From contig CAXIUT010000066.1 of NCBI GenBank assembly GCA_964035545.1, positions 1 to 24,314 on the forward strand: a stretch of DNA of 24,314 nucleotides, in the 5' to 3' direction. How positions within the stretch are numbered: position 1 is the first letter of the stretch; each line of letters begins with the position of its first letter. Shown piece by piece: positions 12,610 through 23,339 of the stretch. The position numbers were made by a program, and so were the translations under genes. Origin of the DNA: Bugula neritina (taxonomy: Eukaryota > Animalia > Bryozoa). Under the pieces are notes generated by a model. That model did no database searches and had not been told where the DNA came from. It saw only the letters and a list, made by a program, of their open reading frames with translations.

Positions 12610-13977
12610 ATGGGCTGGTTTCCTATTCTTTAAAACTTCTCTTCTGATCTAAATATTCCTCTTGACATTGTTAAAATACTAATTGCTTTCTTTGCTTCAA
12701 TTACTTTGAGTATGTCTTTTGATATTTAGGTCCTCTTTTTAGAATAGTTCATGATAGAAACAAAAGACTTGTTTTGGGGATTTTTGGAGGAATTATTCTT
12801 CTAAATTTCATGCTCTAGGAGTGGTCTTTTTTTGTTCTAGGTGGCATAGTTATTCCTTACTTCTTAATGATTAAGTCATCTAAACCTTTTGTGGTAAGTG
12901 CAATATGTGCCACTATCTTGCTGCTAATAGTTCATACTCATCGCTTTATGTAAGTTCAAAGTTAATATTTAGAGTTCTTTATGTGAAATGGGCTATGGAC
13001 TGTTCATTGTATGTGATGATATTGTCAACTAAACTGACTTACTATGGAAAATGGTTAGAAAAATAATAAAATAAAAAATAAACATCATTTTTAACATTTC
13101 TAGCATATAATCTATTCTATCCTAGCATACTAGCTGGTCCTACTTATAGCTATTAACTCTTTGAATAATATCTTTCAGTTCCTATTGTCAAACCAATTAA
13201 ATTATTAAAAGCTTTACATCCTTTATTTATGGCATTAGGTCTTGCTACGATATCTGTCTTGGTAATTCCTAATTTTTCAAGTACATGGATTATTTAAAAT
13301 TAATTTTATTTAAATATGCCTGTTTGGCAAAAGTATTTATTTTTTATTCCTTTTGGTTTTATATATAGAGCTAAATACTACTGTGCCTGGTATTTTGCTC
13401 AAACTTCAGCAAATTTAGCTGGTTTAAGTCAAAGTTCAACAGGATAATTCGACAAAGCTATTTCTGGTAGTATAAAATTTGAATCATAGCCAAATGCCAA
13501 GTTAAAAACTGAGTATTGGAACAGTAGTATTCAAGTATGGTTAAGAGTGGTAGTTTATGAAGGTTTGATTGCTAGGATGAATTCTTTTTATGCTTTATTT
13601 GGAACTTTTGTGATATCAGCTTTTTGGCATGGTTTGTATATCACTTATTACATATGTAAAAATAAGTATACTTAGTTTTTATTTCTTGGGGAATAATTAA
13701 TCATTTGACTAAATGGTGTTACAAATGGTGTCAACTGTTGCCTAAATAAGTCAGAAATTCAAAACTATCAACTTTTATAACTTGGTTCATTACGATTGAA
13801 TTACTGAGTCCCTTTGCTTTAGGTATGCTTATTCTAGACCTAAATTTAGCTATGAAATTCTATGCTGACTTAAACTATTCTCCTTTTATTATTTTATGCA
13901 TCTTATTGGTCCTTAGCTTTGTTGTTAAACCACCATCAGCAAAGAAAAATAAAATAAAATAGGCTAAATCAGTGTGA
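12610..13977 (+). CDS. MBOAT-family lysophospholipid acyltransferase, copy 1
   Basis: Motifs YPSILAGP, KYYCAWYF, WNSSIQVWLR..VY and SAFWHG (catalytic His); multiple hydrophobic segments. Introns 12710-12729, 12950-12972 and 13656-13675. Confidence 0.92.
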
Positions 13978-14126
13978 TTTGTTCATAAATATCTTAATTC
14001 AGACTTAATATAGAATTATCTGTTTTAATTAATAACTATATTTGAGATCCTTTTAAAAATAGTTTATATATATTTCAGTGTTTCTTATTTAATATTTATT
14101 TTTTGCACAAACTAGTTTGAATTCTT

Positions 14127-15493
14127 ATGAGTTGGTTCCCTTTTATGTAAGCTATTGCTTCTAATCTTAACATTCCTGTCGATATCGCTAAAATCATATT
14201 GGCCTTCTTTGCTGCAATTGCCTTAAGTAACTACATCCAATAAATAGGTCCTCTTTTTAGAATAGTCCATGATAAGAACAAACGACTTATTATGGGTCTT
14301 ATTGGTGGAATTATTTTTTTATGTTTTATGATTTAGTAGTGGTCTTTATTCGTGCTAGGTGGAATAGTTGCTCCTTATTTCATAATGATTAGATCATCTA
14401 AACCTTTTGTAGCAAGTGTTATATGTGCTACTGTCCTATTGTTGATAGTCCATACTCACCGTTTTATGTATTTTAGTGAATATTTAGGATTCTTTATGTG
14501 TCATGGGCTATGGACTGTTCTGTTTATATTATGTTCTTGGTAACTAAATTAACTTATTATGGAAAATGGTTAGAAAAATAAAATAATAAGAAATCAGCTT
14601 GTTTATGGACTTATCTAGCATACAATCTCTTTTTCCCTAGCATCCTTTGTGGTCCCACATATAGCTATTAGCTCTTTATCTAGTTCCTTTAAACCCGTAT
14701 TAAAAGACCAGTTCAAATAATGAAAACTCTAAAACCGATGTTTATTGCAATTATTTTAACTATATTCACAGTTTTTACTCTTCCAATATTTCCAAGTATT
14801 TGGGTCACTTAAAATTAATTTTACTTGAACCTAGCATTATGGCAAAAGTTATTATTTATTGTTCCTTTAGGATTTATATATCGAGTAAAATACTATTCTG
14901 CTTGGCATTTTAGTCAAGCATCAGTTAACTTAGCAGGTTTAAGTGAAAGTCTTTAAGGATAGTTTGACAAAGTAAGTACAGGATCTCTTTACTTCGAACT
15001 TTAACCAAATGCCAAGTTAAAAACCTAATATTGGAACAGTAGTATTCAAATATGGTTAAGAGTGGTAGTTTATGAAGATTTGACAGCTAGAATAGGCTCT
15101 TCTTATGCTTTATTTGGCACCTTTATAGTATCAGCTTTCTGGCACGGAATCTACTTAATCTACTATGTATGTAAGTCTTTATTAAACTTAGTATTTGTTC
15201 TTTGGGGAATTCTTAACCATTTAACTAAATGGTTCTATAAATGGTCACAAGCTTTACCTCAATCGATTAATAGCTCAAAAATATCTACTTTTATGACTTG
15301 GCTTGTCACTACAATAATAATGAATACGATAGCTATGTCAGTTGTGATTCTTGACTGGGAACTAGCGATAAAATATTATTCTGATCTCTACTATTCTCCT
15401 ATTATAGCATTAGTCGGTTGTCTTCTTTTGAGTTTGGTTGTTAAGCCACCATCTAGGAAGTCAAAAAAAGAAAAATAGGCCAAAATTGATTGA
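14127..15493 (+). CDS. MBOAT-family lysophospholipid acyltransferase, copy 2 (tandem paralog)
   Basis: Colinear with copy 1, with the same motifs (WNSSIQIWLR, SAFWHG) and introns at the same positions: 14227-14247, 14468-14487 and 15171-15191. Confidence 0.92.
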
Positions 15494-15529
15494 TTAGTTA
15501 ATAAATACCATAATATTCAATTATGTAGA

Positions 15530-15829
15530 TCATGCAGCGTCATCAAGACTTATCATCTGGAAAACTTTCTCAATGAGATCAGCAAATTACTTTCTTGAGA
15601 TTCTGTTGTCTCCGTTTTAATCGATTTCGTCAAGAATTTAATCGACTTCTTCACGTGTAGGATTATCAACTCCTATTTATTTAGCAATTTGCACGAGAAC
15701 TTGCTAGAATTCTCCTCGTTAGAGGTAGCCACTTCCATCAATATCCACTTTCCTGAAAGCGTCTTCCATGAGCTTTTTCATTTTTTTTGCATCTTTCATC
15801 ATCTGTTCAAATTTCTTTTCTTTAGGCAT
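15530..15829 (-). CDS. Small two-EF-hand calcium-binding protein, 99 aa (copy A)
   Basis: MPKEKKFEQMMKDAKKMKKLMEDAFRKV-DIDGSGYLERGE-FEQVL...EI-DENGDNRISRKE-FADLIEKVFQMISLDDAA-TGA; two 12-residue EF-hand loops. Confidence 0.92.
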
Positions 15830-15973
15830 CGATCCAATAATATTTAATTATATCTCAAAAATATTATGCTTAAATATAAAAACCCTATATATTTTTGTTT
15901 ATTTAATCAAAGAATTAACTCTTGATGACATTTACTTAAATATATTTGAAAAGAATTTTATCATATAAATAAA

Positions 15974-16790
15974 ATGGAGTAAAGAAAAAGTCGAAACATG
16001 TGGGGAGTAGTATTTTAAGGTTTTGAAGAAAGACGAATAGGTTCAGTGATTCATAACTTTAAATTATGTAGTGATAAATAAATCAAGACAACAGTAATAT
16101 CTAATCCTCAGATGTTTAAGATATTATCAAAATTATTGACAATATATAAAGAAAAGAATATGAAACAAAACTTAGAATTTCTCTTCGTAAAAATAAAAGT
16201 ATCTAGACACTAATAATATTGGAAGCAAAGGTTGCTAGATATTAGCAAAGCAGGCTCAATGGAGCAATTTAGAATATTTACAATTAAGTATTAATCAAAT
16301 AAAAAGATGATAATTAGATAAGAGACAAAGGATGTAAATAATTATCTAAAAGCACTTCATGGAAATCAATCTAAAAACTTTATATTTGTACAATTATTTT
16401 TATTCATCTAATAACAAAATCGGTTAAAAAGGAGTCAAATACTTAAGTAAAGCAACTCAATGGAAGCAACTTGAATCATTATATAATAGTAAAGTTGAAA
16501 AGATATAGATTCTAATAAGATAGGAAACATTGGGTTAAGACATCTATCTAAGGAATTCATTTCCAATTATTAATATCTCTAGCTGAGTACCAATATCATA
16601 AAGCAGATGAAAATGAGATAAGAGAGAAGGGATGTGAATTTTTATCTCTAGCTAGCCAGATGAACAAATTGAAATATATTTAATTCAGTTATATTTTGAT
16701 TATTAAGATCATAATAAAATTGGAAATGTTCGTCTTGGATATTTATCAAATTTTGAAATTCGAAATTATCCATATGACACTGAATAATGA
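15974..16790 (+). CDS. Leucine-rich-repeat protein, one ~27-aa repeat per exon
   Basis: Repeats such as TNNIGSKGCEILAKQAQWSNLEYLQL, DNEIRDKGCKELSKSTSWKSIEKLYI and NNKIGEKGVKYLSKATQWKQLESLYN. Phase-1 introns at 16068-16087, 16187-16206, 16288-16306, 16388-16407 (ends in AT, not AG), 16489-16508, 16587-16606 and 16688-16707. Confidence 0.85.
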
Positions 16791-17048
16791 TAAAATAAAT
16801 ATAATTTCAGAATTAATTAATATTTTATTAAATAAATAAACGTTAGTATCGAATATTGAAAAAAAGGGAGTTAACAAATAAAAGAGATATGAGATTTTAT
16901 AACTTTTAGTTGAATTATTACCCAAAAGTTTTTAGTATGATGTTTTTTCTTCCTTTATTGTTAAGGATTCAATAAAAAAGTTTAAAATAAGAAAAATAAG
17001 TCAAAATATGATGGATAAATTTGTAAATATTTTAATATTTAATGATTT

Positions 17049-17347
17049 TCATCTGCAGTTTTTCTAAGGCTTATCATTTGGAAAACTTTTTCTATCAAAT
17101 TAGCAAATTATCTTCTTGAAATTCTGTTATCAAAGTTTTAGTCAACTTCGGATAGCATTTATTGAACTTCTTCATGAGTTGGACTATCAACTCCAATTTA
17201 TTTAGCAATTTGGAAAAGTACTTGTTAGAACTCTCCTCTTTAGATACCGTTTCCATCAAAATCAACTTTTCTGAAAGAATCTTCCATTAATTTTTTCATC
17301 TTTCTCGTATCTTTCATCATCGACTCAAGACTCTGTTATTTAGGCAT
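17049..17347 (-). pseudogene. EF-hand protein copy B, diverged and possibly decaying paralog of 15530-15829
   Basis: Colinear with copy A, but EF-loop 1 is one codon shorter (DFDGNG-IERGE) and the TGA equivalent to copy A's stop (17049-17051) is out of frame by 2 nt. Confidence 0.65.
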
Positions 17348-17525
17348 CTATCAAACAAAAATTAATTATAAATAAACTATTTTTAATATTTATGCATAGA
17401 AAAGCTGAAATAAATCCATAAATGTTAAGCATATGAAAATTTATATTTAAATCTATAGTTTTGAACTAGAAATGAAATAGAAATTAGGCATTGATATTTA
17501 ATAATTTAAATAATTGTGAATCAAG

Positions 17526-18104
17526 ATGTCACACGGACCAGTTCTTAAAGCAAGTGAAGAAGAAGAGTTAGGACTTCTCAAAAAAGATATTTCTAAGGCA
17601 GAAATCGACCGCAAGAAGAACACTCATAAAGAAGAGTTAGGAGAAAAGGTTTTAATGTATGCTAGAAATTTGTTTTGGATGGTTGTTGGAGTTCTGACTG
17701 TATACTACAGCAACTTCTTTCATCATCTTTTCCATAATCCTAAAATAAATGAACTTTTCTTTGAGATCAGTATGACAGGATATACAATCATTCTTTGTTT
17801 AATGCTTTTCTCTTCATTCATTATGCCAAGAATTTCAGGTATAACTGATATAGAAGAGTATAATCCTAAGTTGGTTTCAGTAGGAGCTGTTGTTGGACTT
17901 GTAAGTGTAATATCTTTGATTGTAGCTATCTGGCCCATTTGGGGATGGTGGTCTTTAGGCATTTTCATAGCTTTGTGGAAAGGCTTTTTCGGGATGAGTG
18001 TCTTTTTGCCCAAAGGAGATATTGGAAACTTCCTTTTCCTGGCTATCAATGTATCTGTAATCCTCTCTTTTTATGTGATCGAACACGAAGGCTATCTTCA
18101 TTGA
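17526..18104 (+). CDS. TMEM128: TMEM128-like multi-pass membrane protein, 192 aa
   Basis: Intact intronless ORF. The pattern FW......T.YY..FF, GI.D.E.Y.P.L, IAIWP.W.WW resembles TMEM128 as recalled; not searched. Confidence 0.7.
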   Translation: MSHGPVLKASEEEELGLLKKDISKAEIDRKKNTHKEELGEKVLMYARNLFWMVVGVLTVYYSNFFHHLFHNPKINELFFEISMTGYTIILCLMLFSSFIMPRISGITDIEEYNPKLVSVGAVVGLVSVISLIVAIWPIWGWWSLGIFIALWKGFFGMSVFLPKGDIGNFLFLAINVSVILSFYVIEHEGYLH

Positions 18105-18201
18105 TTTGAGATCAATATATTTTTTAATTCAAAATTATTGAAATATCATTGTATTTTATGGTTAGTATTAAAATAATAATAACGTTAACTCTCAATAATT
18201 G

Positions 18202-18993
18202 ATGAGTGTTAGATCATAAATAAGTGAATCTTATATTGTCTCTTAACTCTATAAAATACTCGAAACTCTTAAAGAATAAATTATTAAAAACAAGTAAGGT
18301 CACAAATCATAGTTATAGCAGCTCAAACTTATCATCTCAGATAAAGAAAAAGAAAATTAGGAGCTTAAAAATATCATATCAAAGAAAAATTAAGAGTTAT
18401 AAACTAAAAGTCAAACTATTTAATAGTTTTCAAGTCAACTAAGAACTCATAGATATAAGCATTAAAAACAGGTTTCCTAGTTCTACTATGATACTCCAAA
18501 TATGGCTTCTCATAAGATTCAACCAAATACATGCAAAAATCTGGTCATTAATATCAAAAAATAGCATAAAAGGAAAGGTTCTTAAGTTATTGAAAATTAA
18601 TATAGTAAAGAATCAAATAAAAGATAAATATATTTAACATCAGTAACATCAACCAATTCTAAAGGTTAAAAAGGTGATAAAGTAGTGAATTATTTTAGAA
18701 GTAAGAGAAGTGAAGATAGAAATAAAGAGAATAGTTCTTAGGGAAAGCTAGCTCTTTCACTATCTCTTAAAAGTCCAACAAATAATAAAAGTCATAAATC
18801 ATTTGAGCCAAATTATATGATAAAGAGTTTAAAGAGTCCAACAGAAAGATAGAAAAAAATAAAACTAACTCTTGATAATTATCAATCTCACAAAAAAGTA
18901 TAAAAATCAGGCAATTAGTATTCAAAAAAACATATATCTATAAATTTAGGAGGAAAGATAGTCCATTCTAAGTAAATAAAAAACTGGAGATGA
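18202..18993 (+). CDS. Hypothetical protein, N-terminal coiled coil and basic Ser/Lys-rich tail, 263 aa
   Basis: TGA-free frame from ATG 18202 to TGA 18991-18993; heptad-like ELEQLKLIISDKEKENEELKNIISKKNEEL. Confidence 0.75.
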
Positions 18994-19030
18994 ATAATTA
19001 GAAGAAATTCATTTGATTTTGATTTATTTT

Positions 19031-20713
19031 ATGAATCTAAAAGTTGATAATAGAAATATAATTTTACTTAGAAGTAAATTGATGCAAAATTGCTTTTTTA
19101 ACGATCAGCAAGCTATTAACTAGGCTTAAGCTAGTGATGATTTATCGACTTTCATCCAGATCTTTAGAAGATGCATCTCTATAGCATAATTAATAGCTAT
19201 TCTTGTCTAAAAATAGCAAGATTACTCTCATCACACAGACAAAATAAAGCAAATATTTGAGTAGTTGGAGCCACTGAAGTAAAAATATTAGAATATAACT
19301 CAAAATCAAGTCATAAAAACAGTGTATATCGTATTTAATTTAGAACATTTCATCGATTTGCATGCAGACTTCTAGAACTAATATATCTTTATAGTTCAAA
19401 ATACAAACAAGTACTACATTCTCATTCATATACGTGTTTTGTCAACAGTCTTAATGAGATTTAAAAAACTATTAAGCTAAATCAATAATCTAAAATGTTT
19501 CAATAAATCATTAAAATCACTGAACTTTCTTTTCTTAAATTTTGTGTTAATTGCCAAAAAAAAGTCAAAATAGTAGAAGATTAAAGTTCACAAAAGTTTT
19601 AAAAAACTTGTACGTAAATAAAGAAAAATATTATCAAGTTTAAAAAGAGATAAAAGAAACGTGACACTTTTAAATAACTTTCCTAACAACAAAATTAAAG
19701 TTAATAATCACAAGAATAACCATAAATTACATTGAGTCCTATTCCTATGAGAACTAAATCAAATAAATTACCAACATTTAATAGGTATATTATTGTATAT
19801 TAAGATAGCTTTTGGATATTCAAAAAAGATTTTAGACTCTTAAAGGATTAGATCTTGAATTTTCTAGTTTCAAAACAGAGTATTTTTTGGCTAAAACCAA
19901 TCAAGATGTTTATTTTAAGGAGTATCTTAAGAGAAACTAACCTAACAAAAAAATAATAACTGCTTATCATGACGATTTTTATCTTTTTCAAAGAAAAAAG
20001 GTCTATAAATAGAACAAAAAAAGTATAAAATATATTATCTAGATAAATTGAATCAACTCATAGCAAGTAAGACACTAGGCCATAATTCTATTTCAAATAT
20101 AAATAAGATTCAATAAGAGTCACCATAAAAAATATTATAAAGCAATGAACATAGCCCTTTGATAAATTTTAAATCAAGAACTCCTACTATTAAACAACTA
20201 CCTAAAAATACTATCTACAGTGAGTAATAAGTATCATCAAAATCTGTTAAAATATAGAAATAGCAACTTAAAATGAAACAAGTTGAACTATCTCTTTAAA
20301 AGAAAAAGAATAAAAAGATTCCTCAGAATATATTCAAAAATATATCAAAAGTACAACCTATATGTATCAATCAATCATACTATAATGCAACCTAAAATCC
20401 TGGTAAAACTTCATTGGAATTCATTCAATCTAAACTAAGAATTTAGCCTTATTATAAACATAAAAATAAAACATAGTAAAGTTAGGAAAAAAATATTATG
20501 CATTTCTCATTTATGGATAAATAAGGATCAAAAAAGGAGTTAGATCCTATAAGATAGGCAATAAAATCTAGATCAACTTTCAAGGGAAAGTACTTATAGG
20601 TCAATTATCAGAATAAGAACAAATAGGCATCATTGAAAAGGAAAATATTTAATCAAAACTCTTCAATAACTAAGATACACATTAGAGCATCATCAAAAGA
20701 CAATAATATTTGA
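19031..20713 (+). CDS. Hypothetical protein
   Basis: Frame maintained by three 20-nt GT-AG introns (19324-19343, 19785-19804, 20023-20042); TGA at 20711-20713; no family recognised. Confidence 0.68.
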
Positions 20714-20766
20714 AGTATATTCTATCTCTTAGAATAATATTTGATTTTATTGATAAAAATATATAA

Positions 20767-22577
20767 TCAACCTATTTTACTTAAAGCTCTTGATAGTTTA
20801 TGTGCAAACTAATCTACTTAAGCTACACTATCAAATGATAGTACTCCCATTTACTTTTTCATTCCAAAATATCCACTTATTCCTTTCTATTTGCTACAAA
20901 TTATAATTTATCTTCCTTTTTTACTTAATTTTATATCACCTAATTTCAAAGTGGCTATTTTATCTTAATTTTAAAGATGAAGGTAGTAATTAGAAGTTAG
21001 TACTACTACAACTTTAAATATTTTTTTAGAATCAAAATTGTTAGTAGATGTTCTAGAACGATTTAATATTTGTTTTGATTCATACTTTGAATCATTTTTG
21101 CTTTAGTATAATATGTCATTTTACTATTTACTCATAATTGAGCTACTTGTTTTCCATTTTGCTTAATTTCTGTATAAAATGAGATCGTTATTCATTTATA
21201 TAGTTGATAGGAAGATAGTATTTTGGAGGGAATCGCTAAAATCTTGAAGAATTATATCTAATTTATTACTATTTTAGTATCTTATCTATTTTTTACTTTA
21301 CATTATATTGTACAATTCAATAGGTATCATAGTTAGTAGTACTTATATTAGTTATTCTTTTATTTTAGATTAACTATCAGTTTATTTCAAAGTATTTAAT
21401 TTTAAATTCAAGATCTAATTTTGAGAGCAATAGCATTTTTAATAAGCTGTAGTATAGTTAATAAGACATTATTTTAATATTTTTCCTATTTGAGCTTATT
21501 ATTTTGAAAATATTCCCACCATATAAGTTATAACCTTTCCATTAAAGTCATTGATGTACTTTAGATATGCATTTTATCTTTAAATCAAATATTTAACTTA
21601 AAGATATTTGTCTTTAGTTATGTATTGATTTCTAGAACGTATTTATTTAGATATAAATTTACAATCAACTCTTTATTTCTAATTTTGTAATCGACAAATT
21701 ATCATATCTTCCATTTATAGTTATATTCTATCTATCACTCTTATTATTTCTTCTTAGATATATCTTTATCTCTTCTATCTACGTTACTTATCTATCTTAT
21801 CATAAATTTACATTTTCTCCAACATTGCAGCATCTTTTAGTATTATTCTTTGATTATTTTATAAAATTAGGTTCTTTGTTATTTTCTATTCATATTGGAT
21901 TATTTTAGTTTTATTAAAGTTACTTTTTCATCGATATTAAATTAATCCATATCATGATCATCTTCTATTTAATTGATTGAGTCAAGACGTCTTAGAGATT
22001 ATATTTATTGTTTCATTTTGACTTACATAAAGGTGATATATATTTTAAGATTTTATAGTGATTTGATACTGTATAGTTTTAGTTTGTTGTAAAGAAATTT
22101 CATGCATTTAACATGGGGTTTATAGTTTTTTTAATTCATGTTTAAAAAGCTTAGTAAAGAAGTTGAAAAATTAGAAGTATCTTCTGTATTTATTTCATCA
22201 TAAAATTTACTACATATTGACTCTTCATGAAGAGTTATTGTTACTTGTGAAGGTAAACTACTATTAGATTACAATGATGATATAGGTTCCATACTTTTTA
22301 GCTCATTATTATCCTATTAATTTTGTTATTATTAAGCATCCTATAAAATTTAGCGTACATCTAGGAGAGGTTATACTATTTTTGAGTCAATAGGTAGAGA
22401 ATTATCAAGCGATATATTATTTTTGGATCCATTTAAAGACTAGTTTTGAGATCTGTCTAGACTAAAATCAATTTATTAATGATGCCAATCGTTTGTATTC
22501 ATGGTTTCTATTTCATTAAAGAGGTTATTTCTTGCTCGAGAATCAACATCTTACGCAGATGCAAAAGAATCGTCCAT
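20767..22577 (-). CDS. Hypothetical protein with IQ-like motif and possible C-terminal PH-like fold
   Basis: ATG 22577, one 20-nt intron (21792-21811), TGA 20767-20769. The spliced junction gives KMLQCWRKYKERREKR. The C-terminus has beta-rich segments followed by a terminal helix (VAEVDEFAHKLSRAL). Confidence 0.68.
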
Positions 22578-22652
22578 CTATATATTATATTACTTAAATA
22601 GCTATATTTAACTAACTCTTTAATTTTCTCTTTTTAAATATTATATCATAAA

Positions 22653-22721
22653 GGGGTTGGGGTTGGGGTTGGGGTTGGGGTTGGGGTTGGGGTTGGGGTT
22701 GGGGTTGGGGTTGGGGTTGGG
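22653..22721. repeat. Internal telomeric tract (GGGGTT)n, 69 bp; right telomere of the 1-22721 minichromosome
   Basis: Perfect repeats, G-rich on + as expected for a right end, terminating in TTGGG exactly like the window end. Confidence 0.95.
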
Positions 22722-23253
22722 TGGAAATCTGTGTCATCTCTATATCCTGAACAGTGATAGGTTGCTCTGGTATAGTCATATTTAGGTCTAAGTTAATAAA
22801 AATATACCTTCCACCGAAACAATTTGGGCATCGAGGAATTTGTCCAAGAGCTACTCCATCAGAGCATTTCCAAACTAAATCATCTTTGTTTCCAGACATT
22901 GATTGTAGATTTTTCCTCAAAAGATCTTTTAATTGTTGATTGGAATAATTCTCAAACTTTCTTTTGTATTCATTGAATACTTTCCACTCAGATTAGGTAT
23001 ATCCTCTTGGAACTTTAGGTTATTTTTTAAATTTCTTTTCTCTTAAAGCCTTCTTAGGTGCTGCTTTAACCACTTTCTTTGTCAGTTTAGATGATGCAAT
23101 AGTTTTTTTAACCTTTTTAGCAGGCTTAGAAATAATTGTTTTAACCTTTCTTGTTGATTTTTTGAGTTTTGGAGCTGGTTAGGATCTTTTAGAAGTTTTA
23201 TTTTTCCCTGAATTAGAGGCTAATCTTGAGGATCTTTTGACTACTTTTGCCAT
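22722..23253 (-). CDS. PADR1 (PARP zinc-finger-3-like) domain protein with Lys-rich N-terminus; 3'-truncated at the telomere junction
   Basis: MAKVVKRSSR...KPAKKVKK...AAPKK...QLKDLLRKNLQSMSGNKDDLVWKCSDGVALGQIPRCPNCFGG-[intron 22788-22807]-RPKYDYTRATYHCSGYRDDTDFH, then runs into telomere repeats with no stop and without the fourth Cys. Confidence 0.85.
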
Positions 23254-23339
23254 TAAAATCTAATATAAATATTAAGCGGTCAATTTAGTATTAATTTAAT
23301 ATATTATCAGAATAAATAAGATAACTAAAGGGAAAATAA

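Noticed and set aside
4642-15493. Functional cluster of membrane and lipid genes (myotubularin, adaptor, MBOATs)
   Set aside because: Interrupted by an unrelated gene, these categories are common, and no shared regulatory motif was seen.
16187-16707. ~100-bp periodicity resembling a CRISPR or spacer array
   Set aside because: No conserved nucleotide repeat; the period is explained by 81-bp LRR exons plus 20-nt introns.
1150-18442. ORF-track entries such as 1150-1479(+), 2180-2383(-), 5054-5344(-), 5615-5860(-), 6038-6226(-), 9334-9528(-), 11421-11624(+), 15768-15968(+), 17723-18049(-) and 18224-18442(+)
   Set aside because: Antisense or off-frame shadows of the real genes found under TAR=Glu.
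21714-21737. Two separate genes split at TGA 21735-21737
   Set aside because: A canonical 20-nt intron at 21792-21811 joins the frames into one gene and creates a plausible IQ-like motif.
22621-22652. Conserved chromosome-breakage or telomere-addition motif near ends (ATTTAAA-like at all three)
   Set aside because: Too short and AT-rich, at inconsistent distances; three ends are not enough to support it.
22612-22920. ORF-track protein with a PQPQPQ repeat
   Set aside because: Artifact of reading through an unspliced intron and the telomere tract.
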